Assembly (NCBI GenBank): GCA_965226555.1
Contig: CBDDDG010000001.1
Coordinates: forward strand, 64,001-128,000
Direction of reading: 5' to 3'
DNA from: Salinispira sp.
Lineage (GTDB): Bacteria > Spirochaetota > Spirochaetia > DSM-27196 > Salinispiraceae
DNA: 64,000 nt
Positions 28,496 through 40,119 of the stretch are shown here, one piece after another. Position numbers and translations under genes: made by a program. A model generated the notes under the pieces. The model did no database searches and was not told the origin of the DNA. It saw only the letters and a program-made list of their open reading frames with translations. How positions within the stretch are numbered: the first letter of the stretch is position 1; each line of letters opens with the position of its first letter.

Positions 28496-29305
28496 TCAAT
28501 CATCATCACTACCGCCGCCCAACTCCAACTGAGGCACCGACTGAACGGCATTCCCTGCAATGCCCTTATTCAGAACAAGTAGGTGCCGAGCTTCGCGCAG
28601 AAAGGGTACTTCAAGGGGGAGGAGCTGGTGCCCCTGTGGGAGCGGGCCGCCGAAATTTTCAAGAATTGTATTTTTGCGCCCTGTGTATGCGGCTATCCAG
28701 CCGCCGGAGTTCAGCAGGCGCATCTGTAGCCGACATTGTTCGGGGGTGAAGGGGCGGAAGGCGCGGGATGTTACTACATCGAAGCGCCGTTCGGCGAGGT
28801 CTTCAGCGCGCTGTTCATGTATGTGTACCATGTTTTTCAGTCCGAGGATTGGGATGATGTTATGCAGGAATGCGCATCGCCTACGCTGCTTTTCAATGAG
28901 GTGCATGCGAAATTCCGCGCGGGTGCCGACTTCTGGGGGGGCGCCGGCTTTCGCGCTGTCGCGAAATTCTGGGGAGGCGCCGGCTTCTGTGGAGGCGCCG
29001 GCTTCCATATGGTCGCGGAATGTCAGCGCGAGTACAATGCCCGGGAGACCTGCCCCGCTCCCTAAGTCGGCAACGGAAATCTTCCTGCGGATATTCAGAA
29101 GATCGCCGAACCAGAAAAAGGCTGCTGCTGAATCGAGAATGTGCCTGACCACAAGCTCTCTTTCCGTGGCTTTTACAAGTCCGGCGCGGGAATTCCAGAG
29201 CAGAATTTCATCAATGTAACGTTTGAGAGATATGAACAGCGAGTCCGAGTATAGAGCGAGTTGGCGAAGTCCATGTGCGAGCAGGCGCTCATTGTTCTGA
29301 GTCAT
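28496..29305 (-). CDS. rsmG: 16S rRNA m7G527 methyltransferase
   Basis: RHILDS, DLGSGAGLPG, VTSRAF; downstream of mnmG. Confidence 0.95.
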   Translation of the reverse strand: MTQNNERLLAHGLRQLALYSDSLFISLKRYIDEILLWNSRAGLVKATERELVVRHILDSAAAFFWFGDLLNIRRKISVADLGSGAGLPGIVLALTFRDHMEAGASTEAGASPEFRDSAKAGAPPEVGTRAEFRMHLIEKQRRRCAFLHNIIPILGLKNMVHIHEQRAEDLAERRFDVVTSRAFRPFTPEQCRLQMRLLNSGGWIAAYTGRKNTILENFGGPLPQGHQLLPLEVPFLREARHLLVLNKGIAGNAVQSVPQLELGGGSDDD

Positions 29306-29380
29306 GCTGATGTTCCGCCTAATGCGCTTCCCGCTGCGTTGCGCGGGCGCGGGGAAGCCGGCGGGCGCGGGGAAGTCGGT

Positions 29381-31441
29381 TTATATTTCAAGTGTAGTGG
29401 TATTGAGCATGGATTCGCTCAGTTTTTTCTGAGATGGGCTCTGATCGGCGCGGCGGGCTGCTGCAACCATAAGAATGGCAAGGTCGGAGCTGCGGACGCC
29501 GCTGATGCGCCCCGCCTGCCCTATTGAAAGGGGGCGAATGTTCTTGAATTTTTCACGGGCCTCATTGGACAAGCCCCGTACTCCATCATAATTGAAGCTC
29601 TGAGGAATTTTCATATTCTCCATCTTGGTAAAGCGGAGAATCTGTTCTTCCTGCCGAGCGACATAGCCTTCGTATTTTATATCAATTTCAACTTGGCGGA
29701 GCCATTCAAGGGGATGGTCACTGAGGAGATCAGGATCAATCTGCATAAGATTTTCAATGGATACGGTCGGATTTTTCAATATCTGCATAAATGTTTTTCC
29801 CGGAAGCCGAGCGGAATTGCCGGTGGGCGGTCTGGCAGAATGGCGCGGGGTGGAAATGCTCATGGCCGACTGCGCTCTGTCGAGTTCATGCGCCGAGAGG
29901 CGGCGGTGGGCGAGGAGTTCCTTAATTGCCGCTATGCCCTGTTGCTTGTCTCTGAATTGTTGCCAGGCGGCAGCGCTGTGCAATCCGATATCCCGCCCGC
30001 GGGCGTACAGGCGCATGTCTGAGGAATCGTGGCGGAGGCTGATGCGATGTTCCGCGCGTGAAGTGAACATTCGGTAGGGTTCCTTTGTGCCAAGGGTTAC
30101 CAAATCGTCTATGAGTACGCCGATGTAGGCCTCTGCCCGTGAGAGGATGAGAGGGTCGCGTCCTCTCAGGCTCAAGGCGGCGTTAATACCTGCCATAAGC
30201 CCCTGGGCGGCGGCTTCTTCATATCCGCTTGTTCCGTTTGTCTGCCCGGCAATGTACAGGCCCCGGCAGAGTTTTGCCTCAAGACTGGGATACAGCTGGC
30301 TCGGATCAATATGGTCGTATTCAACTGCATAGCCCGGGCGCATGATGACGGCATGCTCCAGTCCGGGGATGCTGTGAATAAAATGTTCCTGAACATCCTC
30401 CGGGAGCGATGTGGAAATACCGTTCAGGTACATCTCCTTTGTTTCAAGTCCTTCCGGTTCTACAAAAATCTGATGACGTTCCCGCTGGGGAAATTTTACG
30501 ACCTTATCTTCTATGGACGGACAGTAACGCGGGCCGACTCCTTCTATGGCGCCGGAAAAAAGGGGCGAGCGGTGCATGTTTTCGTTAATGATTCGATGTG
30601 TTTCAGGAGTTGTGAAGGTGATGTAACAGGGCTCATTCGGGCGGTTGGGCCGTTCACGGGTGAAGGAGAAGGGGAGCATTTCATCGTCTCCAAACTGCGG
30701 CTGCATTTTGCCAAGGTCGAGGCTGTCGCGGTGAACCCGGGCGGGGGTGCCGGTTTTCATGCGGCCCATGCGGAAGCCGAGCCCGCAGAGGGTGCTTTCC
30801 AGACCCCGTGCGGCAGGTTCGCCAATGCGCCCCGCGCTCGCGCTGAACTCCCCAATGTGAATTTTACCGTTCAGGAAGGTTCCTGTTGTAAGTACGACCC
30901 GGGATGCGCTCATGCGCCGGCCCCGTTCGGTTATAACTCCGCGGATCGCGCTCCCATCAACATCCTGCTTGCTCCCGCCCGCATTCTGTCCATCAGCATC
31001 CTGCTTGCTCCCGCCCGCATTCTGTCCATCAGCATTCTGTCCGTCTGAATCCAGCAGAAAGTCGATGACCGTATCCTGAAAAAGCTGAAGATTTTTCTCG
31101 TTTTCCAGCGTTTTTTTCGCTTCTATCTGGTAGCGCATTTTGTCGGCCTGCGCCCGCGGCGCCTGCACCGAAGGTCCCTTGCGCCGGTTGAGCACCCGAT
31201 ACTGAATCATGGTCTTGTCGATGAGCCTGCCCATTTCTCCGCCAAGAGCATCAATTTCCCTGACCATATTGCCCTTCGCGAGTCCGCCAACGGCAGGGTT
31301 GCACGATAATTTTCCAATGCAGTCGAGGTTCATGGTAATGAGAAGGGTGCGGAAGCCCAGCCGTGCCGAAGCAAGCGAGGCTTCAATGCCCGCGTGACCG
31401 CCGCCGACAACAATAATGTCAAAATCAGTATTCATCTTCAT
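29381..31441 (-). CDS. mnmG: tRNA uridine-5-carboxymethylaminomethyl modification enzyme
   Basis: [42 protein letters not shown]. Confidence 0.99.
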   Translation of the reverse strand: MKMNTDFDIIVVGGGHAGIEASLASARLGFRTLLITMNLDCIGKLSCNPAVGGLAKGNMVREIDALGGEMGRLIDKTMIQYRVLNRRKGPSVQAPRAQADKMRYQIEAKKTLENEKNLQLFQDTVIDFLLDSDGQNADGQNAGGSKQDADGQNAGGSKQDVDGSAIRGVITERGRRMSASRVVLTTGTFLNGKIHIGEFSASAGRIGEPAARGLESTLCGLGFRMGRMKTGTPARVHRDSLDLGKMQPQFGDDEMLPFSFTRERPNRPNEPCYITFTTPETHRIINENMHRSPLFSGAIEGVGPRYCPSIEDKVVKFPQRERHQIFVEPEGLETKEMYLNGISTSLPEDVQEHFIHSIPGLEHAVIMRPGYAVEYDHIDPSQLYPSLEAKLCRGLYIAGQTNGTSGYEEAAAQGLMAGINAALSLRGRDPLILSRAEAYIGVLIDDLVTLGTKEPYRMFTSRAEHRISLRHDSSDMRLYARGRDIGLHSAAAWQQFRDKQQGIAAIKELLAHRRLSAHELDRAQSAMSISTPRHSARPPTGNSARLPGKTFMQILKNPTVSIENLMQIDPDLLSDHPLEWLRQVEIDIKYEGYVARQEEQILRFTKMENMKIPQSFNYDGVRGLSNEAREKFKNIRPLSIGQAGRISGVRSSDLAILMVAAARRADQSPSQKKLSESMLNTTTLEI

Positions 31442-32550
31442 AGCATCGTATTCGCCTTCGCCTTCACATTGCTACTGCGCTTTTTTCGGCGGCCCTTCCT
31501 GCCAATCCAACCCTTGAGTCTGAAAAATAATCCCAGACCGGCGGCAATGGCGAGCATAACAAACAATACAAGCGGATATACCCAGGGAATACTCAGCTCA
31601 GGCATGTTTTGAAAATTCATTCCATACACACCGGATATGAATGTCAGTGGTATAAAAATAGTAGAGATAATCGCGAGCACCTTCATAATCTCATTCATTC
31701 TGTTACCCTGAAGAGCGGCATAAAGCCCAAGCTGATCACTGAGCATTTCACGGTAGCTGTCTACGGCATCGCGTACCTGCCGAATCTGATCCCGCAAATC
31801 CTGATAAAACGGATAACTCGCCTCCTGAATAATGCGATGATCCGACTTCAGAATCTGCTCAATAATTCCGATGACAGGGCGGGTAAAACGGCGAACCTCG
31901 GCAAAATCGCGCTTAAGCTTTCGTACAAAACGAATAATGTATTCATCGTGGTAACGGAATATTTCATCTTCAAATATTTCCACCTGCTCCCCCAGCGTTT
32001 CAATTGTAAGAACATAGTGGTCAATGGCGGCATCCAACATGGAGAACACAAGGTAATCTGTCCCCATTTGCCGCGCGCGTCCCAAATTATCCCTGAGCCT
32101 CCGCCGAATCTGATCGAACACATCGCCCTGAACTTCCTGAATGGTTATGACACATTGCCGGGTAATAATAATGTTGAGCTGCTCCGCGACAATAAGATCG
32201 CCATCGAGCGAAAGCATCTTAACAATCATATAGCTGTATTCAGGATGATCCTCATACTTGGGAGCGTGCGCATCGTTGGCAATATCTTCAATGGTGAGCG
32301 GATGAATTCCATAGTACGATGCAATACTTTCCAACGCAGTTCTGTTATTCCCGACAATATTGACCCAGTGCAGACACTTCGGATTCAGATTCCACTCTTC
32401 CGGCCGGTACGATGCAAGCACCCGCTCCGCGCAGTAATTTTTCGTCCACTCAATACAATTCAGTACCGACACCTGATTCCCCGCAGTCTCCGGTAGAGAC
32501 CCGGGAATAGAATCAATATCAATTTGTTTTGTGCTGATATACTTTGCCAT
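31438..32550 (-). CDS. corA: Mg2+/Co2+ transporter CorA
   Basis: [28 protein letters not shown]. Confidence 0.97.
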   Translation of the reverse strand: MAKYISTKQIDIDSIPGSLPETAGNQVSVLNCIEWTKNYCAERVLASYRPEEWNLNPKCLHWVNIVGNNRTALESIASYYGIHPLTIEDIANDAHAPKYEDHPEYSYMIVKMLSLDGDLIVAEQLNIIITRQCVITIQEVQGDVFDQIRRRLRDNLGRARQMGTDYLVFSMLDAAIDHYVLTIETLGEQVEIFEDEIFRYHDEYIIRFVRKLKRDFAEVRRFTRPVIGIIEQILKSDHRIIQEASYPFYQDLRDQIRQVRDAVDSYREMLSDQLGLYAALQGNRMNEIMKVLAIISTIFIPLTFISGVYGMNFQNMPELSIPWVYPLVLFVMLAIAAGLGLFFRLKGWIGRKGRRKKRSSNVKAKANTML

Positions 32551-32569
32551 AAGTCCTCACCAGCCCGCC

Positions 32570-35500
32570 TCAGAGCGGAGCGTCCGCGGATGTTCCAGCC
32601 GCAATCGTTTTCCGGTATTCTATAGCAAAGTTTTGCATTGATATCCGCCTAAGCTGCGGGCATTCGCCGGAGAGGGCGTTCAGGGCTTCGGGGTCGGCAA
32701 GCACCGTCCGGTGAGCGCCCGGAAGGGCGCGGACAAGTCGTTCGGCAGCCTGCTGAATGTCGGTTCCGGTGCTTTCAATGAGCCAGCGGCGGCGCTGGCG
32801 GCGCAGATCATCGCTTATGCCGCAGGAGAAGCGCCGAAAACTGAGGTCTCCCTTTTCCGCAGGGGAAAGGGGGTGGAGTTCCCTCCCCGCGAGATAAATT
32901 TTTGCGAGATCAAGATCCGCTTGGTTAAGAGGAGCGGATGCGAGTATGTTCAGGCTATCGGCACAGGCAGCCCAGCTCCGGCTGATCGCAGGATCACGGT
33001 AGGTAGCAAAGCTGAATGTAGCATTGAGGGGATCTGAGTTGCAGAATGCGCCGTAGGCGCCGCCTTCCGCGCGGATTTTATCGTGGAAAATTCCGGTGCG
33101 CAGAATGTGGCTGAGAATTTGTTCGTGAACCTGTTCCCGTTCGTTCATACCAGATGCGGGGATGGCGAGGGCAGTAAAATTGACCTTGGAGGTATATTCT
33201 ATGCCTTCGGCGCCCTCCTTTGTAGGGGTATCTGTTCTGCGCTGCATGTGGTTGTGGTCCTGAATGAGCAGGGGCCGGGTAATGTCCGACAGCGGAGTGA
33301 GAGATTTCTGAAAAGGCGCATCGTTAACATTCCCGGTAGTCTTTCTGTCAGCCCTTCTATCAGTTTTTTTGGCAGTTTTCAGCGCATTCAGGAACTTTGC
33401 GAGCTGCGTCCGCAGGCGCGGAGCCTGTTGTTCTTCGCAGACAATACTGAGATTAAGCGATTCAGGGCTCCATATCATGCGCATGAGGGCAGAAAGCGCA
33501 GCGGGAGAGAGAAAAATATTCCCATTTTTGCGCGCGCCGCCGCCTTCATCAGCATTCTCTTTCAGGGAATGAGCATACTGGTGAAGAGTTTCAATAAAGC
33601 GGGACTGAATAACCCCCCACCACAGGTCATCACTGAAAGCCGAAGAGGAAAATCCGCGCCGCGCCCGTATGTCGGCGTAGTTGCTGCCGTGGGGTATTAT
33701 GTCTGCGCGGAAATCGTTACGATATTCCCGGTATATCTCCCGAATATAATGCTGATCGGAAAAATCGGCAGATACCAGAATTTCCTGCAACAGAGCGAGC
33801 CCATCTCCGCTCATATCATCCAGAGTTTTGAGGCGGATGCAGATAAATTGCCGCTGCCCGGCGCGGTCTGAGCGTCCGGTACTCAGGCCGGTTTGTCCGG
33901 TACTCAGGCCGGTCTGCCCTGCGGCGCGCCCGGTGCTGCTAAGGTCTGTGTGGTGAACAGGACTGAGTGAGAAGCCGCCCGTTTTCAGTCCCCATTCGGT
34001 GGACATGTGAGAATACGATTTTGTTTTTGTACCGAGCTGCGGGAGGAGGTGGGCGAGGAAGGGAATAAATATCTGCAATTCTTTTTCCATGTCTGTGATG
34101 TCGAAATACACATTAATGTAGCTTACGCTGTTGGTAAAGATTTTATGGATATGAAGCGGGCATCCCTGTACATCGCCTTCCTCTCGGGGAATGGTTCGGA
34201 TATCCCGCGGAATGTCATCCACCGTAAGAACAGGAAATTGTGCGATATCTTCAGGCCGGTCTTCCTGCTGCTGGAACTTCTGAAACATTTCGCTTGTCTG
34301 CCTGAGAATATCAGGAGCATGAGCGCCGAGCGATTGAACCTTACGGGATACGAGCTCGCGTTCAGCCTGTTCCTCGCGGGCGCTCAGTTGGGGGTCGGGA
34401 CTGACCGTGAGGCGGCTGCGGTGCGGATTGCTCAGGATAGCGCGGATTAATTCTCTGAAAAAATCCTGATCGCCGATGTTTTTCAGGTTTTCAAGATGCG
34501 CGGTGAACTGCATGGCCAGTCCTGGTGTTTCGCCATGCAGCCAGCGTTTGAGGGTTCGTAAGAGAAGACGGAGCCCAAAGGGCGCGCCGCCCTTTATTTC
34601 CCTGTTATGAAATTCAAAACGCAGAAATGAGGCCCGAATGAGATCGGGATCAAGCCCTTCGCTAACTACCCGCTCCAGCCCTGAAATAATGAGCTTTTCC
34701 ACTGCTGCAGCATGTTCTGCCTGTGTTCCCCGAATTCCAATGGTGAAGACGGGTTGGCGGAAATCGCTTTCAAAACCGGTACTATCGCTCATGTCCTCCC
34801 CGAGTTCCGATTCAAGAATGAGTTTCTGAATGGGGCTGGCGGGAGTTCCGAAGAGGATGTCGCTCAGGAGCTCCATTTTAATGATGTCGGCTCCGCTTTT
34901 TGGCTCAGGAATGAGCCAGTTGATATCCACAGACGTTCCATCGTTCTTTTCTTTGTCTGCCGGATATTTCACTTCGAAGGTCCGGGGATTGTCCCAGCTC
35001 TGCTGGAGCGGAACAGTTGCGCTGCTGCGCTTTTTCAGTTCATCTTCACTGAATCGTGAAAAAATACATTCATCGAGGAAGGTGAGGTAATCTTCACTTG
35101 CTATGTTGCCGTAAAGAAAAATTCGGCAATTTGAGGGATGATAATATCTGCGGTGAAAGGCGCAAAATTCCTCATAGCTCAGATCAGGAATGTCAGCAGG
35201 ATCACCGCCCGAATCGTAGGCGTAGGGGGTATCGGGAAGGATACTCCGATATGTCCAGTCGCGGGCTATCGATTCCTGGGTTGAATATTGAGCCTTCATC
35301 TCATTGTAGACAATACCCGCAATGCGGGCGCCGGCGCTGTCGGCATCGGTACTGTCGGCATCGGTACTGTGAGCGGCGGCGCTGCCGGCGCTGGCATCCA
35401 TTTCAAGACGATGCCCCTCCTGGAGAAAATGTTCCTTACGGAGCAGGGGAAAAAAGACCGCATCGGCATAGATCGACATGAGATTAAACAGATCCTTCCG

Positions 35501-35890
35501 AACAGGAGAAGCCGCCGGATAGATGGTTTTATCAGGAAAGGTCATCGCATTCAGAAAGGTCTGCATACTTCCCTTGTAGAGCATGAAAAAGGGGTCGCGA
35601 ATCGGATACCGTTCGGAGCCGCATAAGACCGTATGTTCGAGAATGTGGGCAACGCCGGTGGAATTTGCGGGCAGGGTGGTGAAATTGAAACTGAAGAGGT
35701 TTTCATCATCCGTGTTATCAACATGGTATATTTCTGCGCCGCTCAATTCTTCAACGAAAAGAATACCACGGCTTTTATACTCGTCTAAATTGTCAACTGA
35801 TTTTACCCGAAAACGTCCAATTATCTGGCCGGGAGAAAATGCGCTGCTGCCGCTGCCGTTATTGGCGCCGCGGGAAGGAATATGTTTCAT
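32570..35890 (-). CDS. M16C insulinase-family (presequence-protease-like) metallopeptidase
   Basis: HILEHTVLCGS, FLNAMT, GIVYNEMK, IRAEGGAYG, YRDP. Confidence 0.95.
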   Translation of the reverse strand: MKHIPSRGANNGSGSSAFSPGQIIGRFRVKSVDNLDEYKSRGILFVEELSGAEIYHVDNTDDENLFSFNFTTLPANSTGVAHILEHTVLCGSERYPIRDPFFMLYKGSMQTFLNAMTFPDKTIYPAASPVRKDLFNLMSIYADAVFFPLLRKEHFLQEGHRLEMDASAGSAAAHSTDADSTDADSAGARIAGIVYNEMKAQYSTQESIARDWTYRSILPDTPYAYDSGGDPADIPDLSYEEFCAFHRRYYHPSNCRIFLYGNIASEDYLTFLDECIFSRFSEDELKKRSSATVPLQQSWDNPRTFEVKYPADKEKNDGTSVDINWLIPEPKSGADIIKMELLSDILFGTPASPIQKLILESELGEDMSDSTGFESDFRQPVFTIGIRGTQAEHAAAVEKLIISGLERVVSEGLDPDLIRASFLRFEFHNREIKGGAPFGLRLLLRTLKRWLHGETPGLAMQFTAHLENLKNIGDQDFFRELIRAILSNPHRSRLTVSPDPQLSAREEQAERELVSRKVQSLGAHAPDILRQTSEMFQKFQQQEDRPEDIAQFPVLTVDDIPRDIRTIPREEGDVQGCPLHIHKIFTNSVSYINVYFDITDMEKELQIFIPFLAHLLPQLGTKTKSYSHMSTEWGLKTGGFSLSPVHHTDLSSTGRAAGQTGLSTGQTGLSTGRSDRAGQRQFICIRLKTLDDMSGDGLALLQEILVSADFSDQHYIREIYREYRNDFRADIIPHGSNYADIRARRGFSSSAFSDDLWWGVIQSRFIETLHQYAHSLKENADEGGGARKNGNIFLSPAALSALMRMIWSPESLNLSIVCEEQQAPRLRTQLAKFLNALKTAKKTDRRADRKTTGNVNDAPFQKSLTPLSDITRPLLIQDHNHMQRRTDTPTKEGAEGIEYTSKVNFTALAIPASGMNEREQVHEQILSHILRTGIFHDKIRAEGGAYGAFCNSDPLNATFSFATYRDPAISRSWAACADSLNILASAPLNQADLDLAKIYLAGRELHPLSPAEKGDLSFRRFSCGISDDLRRQRRRWLIESTGTDIQQAAERLVRALPGAHRTVLADPEALNALSGECPQLRRISMQNFAIEYRKTIAAGTSADAPL

Positions 35891-35897
35891 AATGTGT

Positions 35898-36572
35898 TCA
35901 CCATTCTGAATCTGTCATAAGAGTCAGTTTGTTTTTTGCCCGCTGATCGTCCGGATTAATTTTCAGAACTTTGCGGAAGGCCTTTATGGCATCAATGTTT
36001 CTATGAAGTCCGTAGTAGGCTTGTCCGAGCATGTAGTGCGCTTCGCTGAGGTTAGGGGTTTCCTCAAGAAGTTCTTCAAGAAGGATGACAGCATCGGAGA
36101 ATTCATTCTGTTTGAGTTTGAGTTGGGCAAGGAAGAAGTTTGCTATGAGAGATTCAGGCGCGTTATTGCGGAAGGCGCTGAAGGCCTGTTGTGAATCATC
36201 TTCCTTACCAAGAAAAAAATTGATGAGACCGACAAAGTAGGCTGCCATGGCATGTCCGTCCTTTTGCATGACCCTGTTAAAGGCTTCCAGCGATTTCACC
36301 AGCTCCCCTCTCCGAAAATACGTGACCCCCAGTTTGTAATAGGCCAGACCCCAATGAGGTTCACACTGCAACGCTTTAAGATACCACTCGATGCTCTGTT
36401 TGAGTTTTCCTGTTGAATAATAAATGTTTCCAATTGTCAAAGGTATAAAGCTGCTTTTCGGATACTTTTTGAGCAGTGTAAGAAATGATTTCTCGGCTGC
36501 ATCCCAGTTGCCGAGCATGAAATCGCTCATGGCTTCAATGTATTCCGGATCGGATTGATTCAGTGCCTTCAT
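35898..36572 (-). CDS. Tetratricopeptide repeat protein
   Basis: Repeated TPR patterns (AYYKLGVTY, AHYMLGQAY, LKINPDD). Confidence 0.9.
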   Translation of the reverse strand: MKALNQSDPEYIEAMSDFMLGNWDAAEKSFLTLLKKYPKSSFIPLTIGNIYYSTGKLKQSIEWYLKALQCEPHWGLAYYKLGVTYFRRGELVKSLEAFNRVMQKDGHAMAAYFVGLINFFLGKEDDSQQAFSAFRNNAPESLIANFFLAQLKLKQNEFSDAVILLEELLEETPNLSEAHYMLGQAYYGLHRNIDAIKAFRKVLKINPDDQRAKNKLTLMTDSEW

Positions 36573-37948
36573 ATCATGCTCCTCGGGTCAAGAATTGAAT
36601 TGAGTTCATCTTCACTGATAATTTTCTCTTCAAGAACAAGATCGCGAATTTTTTTCTTCTCCCTGTATGCCCGGTAGGCCAGCGTACTCGCCCGATCATA
36701 GCCGATTTTCACAGCCAGCGGAGTAACCATGGCGAGGCTCCAGTCTATCCAGTAACGGCAGCGTTCGCTGTCGGCCGCGGCGCCGCGAATGGCCTTGTCG
36801 GCCAGTGTGTTGCAGGCCTTTGTGAGTATGGTAATGGAGCTCAGCACTTCATAGGCTATGAGGGGGTTCATCATGTTCAGTTCGAGAGGCGCGTTCTGTC
36901 CTCCCATGGTAACGGAAATGACCTTACCGTGAACATGGGCAGCAACCTGAATGATCATTTCCGGAATAACAGGGTTCACCTTCCCGGGCATAATGGAGCT
37001 GCCGGGCTGAAGGCTGGGAAGAAGAATTTCACCGAGGGCGCCGCGGGGACCGCTGGCAAGAAGGCGCAGATCGTTGGCAATTTTCATAAGCGATGTTGCA
37101 AGAACATTCACTGCCCCCATAAATGCTACCTGAGCGTCTCGGGCGGCAATGCCTTCAAACTTGTTAGCGGCAGGAACAAAGCCTATGCCGGTATCGGCGG
37201 CAATGCCGGAAATTGCGCGGTCGGCAAAGTCCGGGTGAGTGTTCAGACCCGTACCAATTGCCGTACCGCCGAGGGGAAGTTCTTCCATGTCAGCAAAGCT
37301 GTTGCGGATGCGCGCCGCGGCCTTTTGAATTTGCAGGGCGTACACAGCAAATTCCTGACCGAGGGACATGGGTACGGCGTCCTGAAGGTGGGTTCGCCCG
37401 AGTTTGAGTACCTCGGAAAATTCATCGGCCTTTGCCGTGAAGGCATCGGCGAGGTTGGTAAGTGAGGCGAGCAGGCCATCCGCTTCAACGCGGTTGGAAA
37501 TGTGCAGGGCTGCGGGGATAACGTCGTTTGAGCTTTGTCCGCGGTTGACGTGATCATTCGGATGTACGGGTTTCCGCATGCCGATGGGTTCGCCGAGAAT
37601 TTCATTTGCGCGGTTGGCGATGACTTCGTTCGCGTTCATATTGCTGCTGGTGCCGCTGCCGGTCTGAAACACATCAACCGGAAAATGGTCATTCCATTTT
37701 CCCTCATACACCTCTGTTGCGGCCTGTATAATGGCCTCCGCACGTTCCGGCTCCAGAAGTCCGAGCTCCCGGTTCGCAGCGGCGGCATTCTTCTTAATGA
37801 GGGCGATTGCCTGAATCATTGCCGACGGCAGGACAATGCCCGATATCCTGAAATTCTCTACAGCCCGCTGTGTCTGCGCGCCCCAATAGGCCCATGCGGG
37901 AATTTCAATATCTCCCATGCTGTCTGACTCAATTCTTTTTTCATTCAT
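36569..37948 (-). CDS. fumC: Class II fumarate hydratase
   Basis: QTGSGTSSNMN, GRTHLQDA, GSSIMPGKVNP. Confidence 0.93.
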   Translation of the reverse strand: MNEKRIESDSMGDIEIPAWAYWGAQTQRAVENFRISGIVLPSAMIQAIALIKKNAAAANRELGLLEPERAEAIIQAATEVYEGKWNDHFPVDVFQTGSGTSSNMNANEVIANRANEILGEPIGMRKPVHPNDHVNRGQSSNDVIPAALHISNRVEADGLLASLTNLADAFTAKADEFSEVLKLGRTHLQDAVPMSLGQEFAVYALQIQKAAARIRNSFADMEELPLGGTAIGTGLNTHPDFADRAISGIAADTGIGFVPAANKFEGIAARDAQVAFMGAVNVLATSLMKIANDLRLLASGPRGALGEILLPSLQPGSSIMPGKVNPVIPEMIIQVAAHVHGKVISVTMGGQNAPLELNMMNPLIAYEVLSSITILTKACNTLADKAIRGAAADSERCRYWIDWSLAMVTPLAVKIGYDRASTLAYRAYREKKKIRDLVLEEKIISEDELNSILDPRSMI

Positions 37949-38863
37949 AAAAATTTTTGCTCCTGAAAGTTTCCGCTATATGGCAAGCATTTCATATAGT
38001 TCTCCATAAATTCCCAATTCGGGTTGCCATCCTCATTATAAGGATATTTGCCTTCTCCGTACTCCTTTATTTCCTTCTTTGTAAAACTCTTTGAACCTTT
38101 TATTTCAAATAGATCTTTCAAACTAAAATACTGCCACTTATGAAGTGGAATAATGGGTGAGCCATGCCTTCTTAATGCTGTCCCATTTATTATCATAATT
38201 TGCCCTGCCTCCCACTTTCATATTATAAAAACCATCATTTTTCCAGTAGGCAAAATATGACTTGTACCCTTCTCTGTGTGGTTCCTTGGCTTTCATAACA
38301 ATTACACACGTTGTTGTACCTGCCTTTCATTAAATTACTTCTCCCATCGCCATGAATGTACATATTGGAGCATAGGAGCGAATAAATATCGTGTTGGAAT
38401 TCAACACCTACTATTTGACTTTGTTTAATGTGCCTTTCTTTTTCTTCATTGCCACCAGCATCTCTAATCATGTTTTTCATGGCAGATATTAAGAATCCAC
38501 CGGTACCCGTGCAGGTATCTAAAACCACAGAAGCCTTGTTCACATAGGCTATTTCAGAAAATAATTCTGTTATATGGGGAGGAGTCAAAACTATGCCCAA
38601 ACCTTTGTCGTTATTGGCACATCGTAAAAATTCTATATAAAACTGCCCGAGGGCATCGAAGTACTTATATTGTTATCATCGCCGCTAACAGCAATGGCAA
38701 GAACATCGTATTCTTTAGACAAAAAAGAGGCATAGAGCAAAACCCCATCGACAGCATAACTCCCATATTGTTTTCTATTCTGGCTTTCGTGTTGAGTTAC
38801 ACTGGCCTTACATTCAACAACAATGATTACATGTACATTTTCCGTTATTCTCTCGTTAGCCAT
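37945..38863 (-). pseudogene. Decayed restriction-modification locus (N6-adenine methylase/nuclease subunit plus specificity subunit; BcgI-like by resemblance)
   Basis: Fragments MANERITEN..VECKA..YAVDGVL; GLGIVLTPPHITELF, DTCTGTGGFL, NMYIHGDGRSN; WQYFSLKDLF...PNWEFMENYMK; far shorter than intact subunits. Confidence 0.8.
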
Positions 38864-38935
38864 TTATCTCCCTCTGCGCTGAATGGTCCACAAGAGAAAC
38901 TTTTGCAAAGCACAATTTTCAGTAGCAAAACTTTC

Positions 38936-38975
38936 CAAGAGTATAACAGAAACCTTCATTAATGCAAAAGTTTTT
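38936..38975 (-). promoter_or_regulatory. 40-bp direct repeat (left copy); promoter-like, facing the RM remnant
   Basis: 35/40 identical to 42467-42506; minus strand reads TTGCAT-N16-TATACT with a TG extended -10. Confidence 0.7.
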
Positions 38976-40119
38976 ATCTGAATTTTATTGATGATAAAAA
39001 CGATGCAGCCGATTCTAATCCTTTCCAGAAAAAGTCATTCTCATTAATATTGTGGAAAATAGTAGAAAAGTTCTTCATTAATTGACGCCTGTGATCTTTT
39101 TCCTTCTCTTTTTGGATGATTTTAACAGCTGGAGGATTATTTCTCAATGATACAGCGCGCAGAAAAATATCGCGAATATCAATATCGGAAACGGGGAGCG
39201 AATAGCCAATAAAGGTAATTTTATGAGCATTTTGAATTGCATGGAGTACCTCCGTTTGTATCGATTGAAAACTCCCAATAAATTTATGCTTATGAAAAGT
39301 TGGCGTTACAATAATCGGCTGCAATGCAACACTGCGCTTCGATAAAATTTGTCGATCCTCATCGGATTCAAAAAGAATTGGAATTTCTGTAGATTGCTGA
39401 GTATTCTGCCCTGTCGATTCTTGCAAAATTTCTTCTGATTTTTTATCTGAAAAACAATAGATGCACGTTTCATATTCTAGGGATTGAGAATCTACTCTGA
39501 ATAAACGCTCGCATGCCGGACACAATCGCCAATCGATGGAGCCATGAGGCTTGAGTACTGTTATTGGTTTTTGATTCGAATCGGTATCTGTTCCATTTTT
39601 CATTACTATTGGGATGGTATCTCCAAAATGAATATCATACTCATAATCTTGCTTGAGAAGCATTTCCAATAGCCAATCCCAATTCATGCTAATAAAGGTT
39701 ACCTGTACATTTTCTTGAATAATCTGACTCATTAATGAATGAAACGGGCTCGGATCAATATCATGGCTCATCTGTTCTGTTAAGAGAATGAGAATGAGTG
39801 AATTTAAAGACGTTTTAATTTCTAATAATTTTTGCGGAGTATAAGTTCCTAAATTTCTTTCTGCTGCAATTGCTGAATCAATACTGCTATAGACATCTTC
39901 CAATAATATCTGCTCCTCAATAGTTTGATTACCGTAAACTGCTCGCAAAAATTTCACAACATCATGTACTAAAGGAGCAGATTCAATGCTTACGCGTTCA
40001 CGAAAATCATCTGCCAGAATTTTAGTAAGCAATTGTTCCTGAAGAGGAAATCCCATCGCGCGGGAGAATCCGGCACCGATAATTACCGTGTGTGTTTTTG
40101 CTGGATGAGTTTTATCCAA
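38974..40119 (-). CDS. SIR2-like domain protein with Zn-ribbon insert
   Basis: IIGAGFS, SMNWDWLLE, KPHGSIDW, CPAC...CIYC, IVTPT, FIGYSLPVSD. Confidence 0.88.
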   Translation of the reverse strand: MDKTHPAKTHTVIIGAGFSRAMGFPLQEQLLTKILADDFRERVSIESAPLVHDVVKFLRAVYGNQTIEEQILLEDVYSSIDSAIAAERNLGTYTPQKLLEIKTSLNSLILILLTEQMSHDIDPSPFHSLMSQIIQENVQVTFISMNWDWLLEMLLKQDYEYDIHFGDTIPIVMKNGTDTDSNQKPITVLKPHGSIDWRLCPACERLFRVDSQSLEYETCIYCFSDKKSEEILQESTGQNTQQSTEIPILFESDEDRQILSKRSVALQPIIVTPTFHKHKFIGSFQSIQTEVLHAIQNAHKITFIGYSLPVSDIDIRDIFLRAVSLRNNPPAVKIIQKEKEKDHRRQLMKNFSTIFHNINENDFFWKGLESAASFLSSIKFR

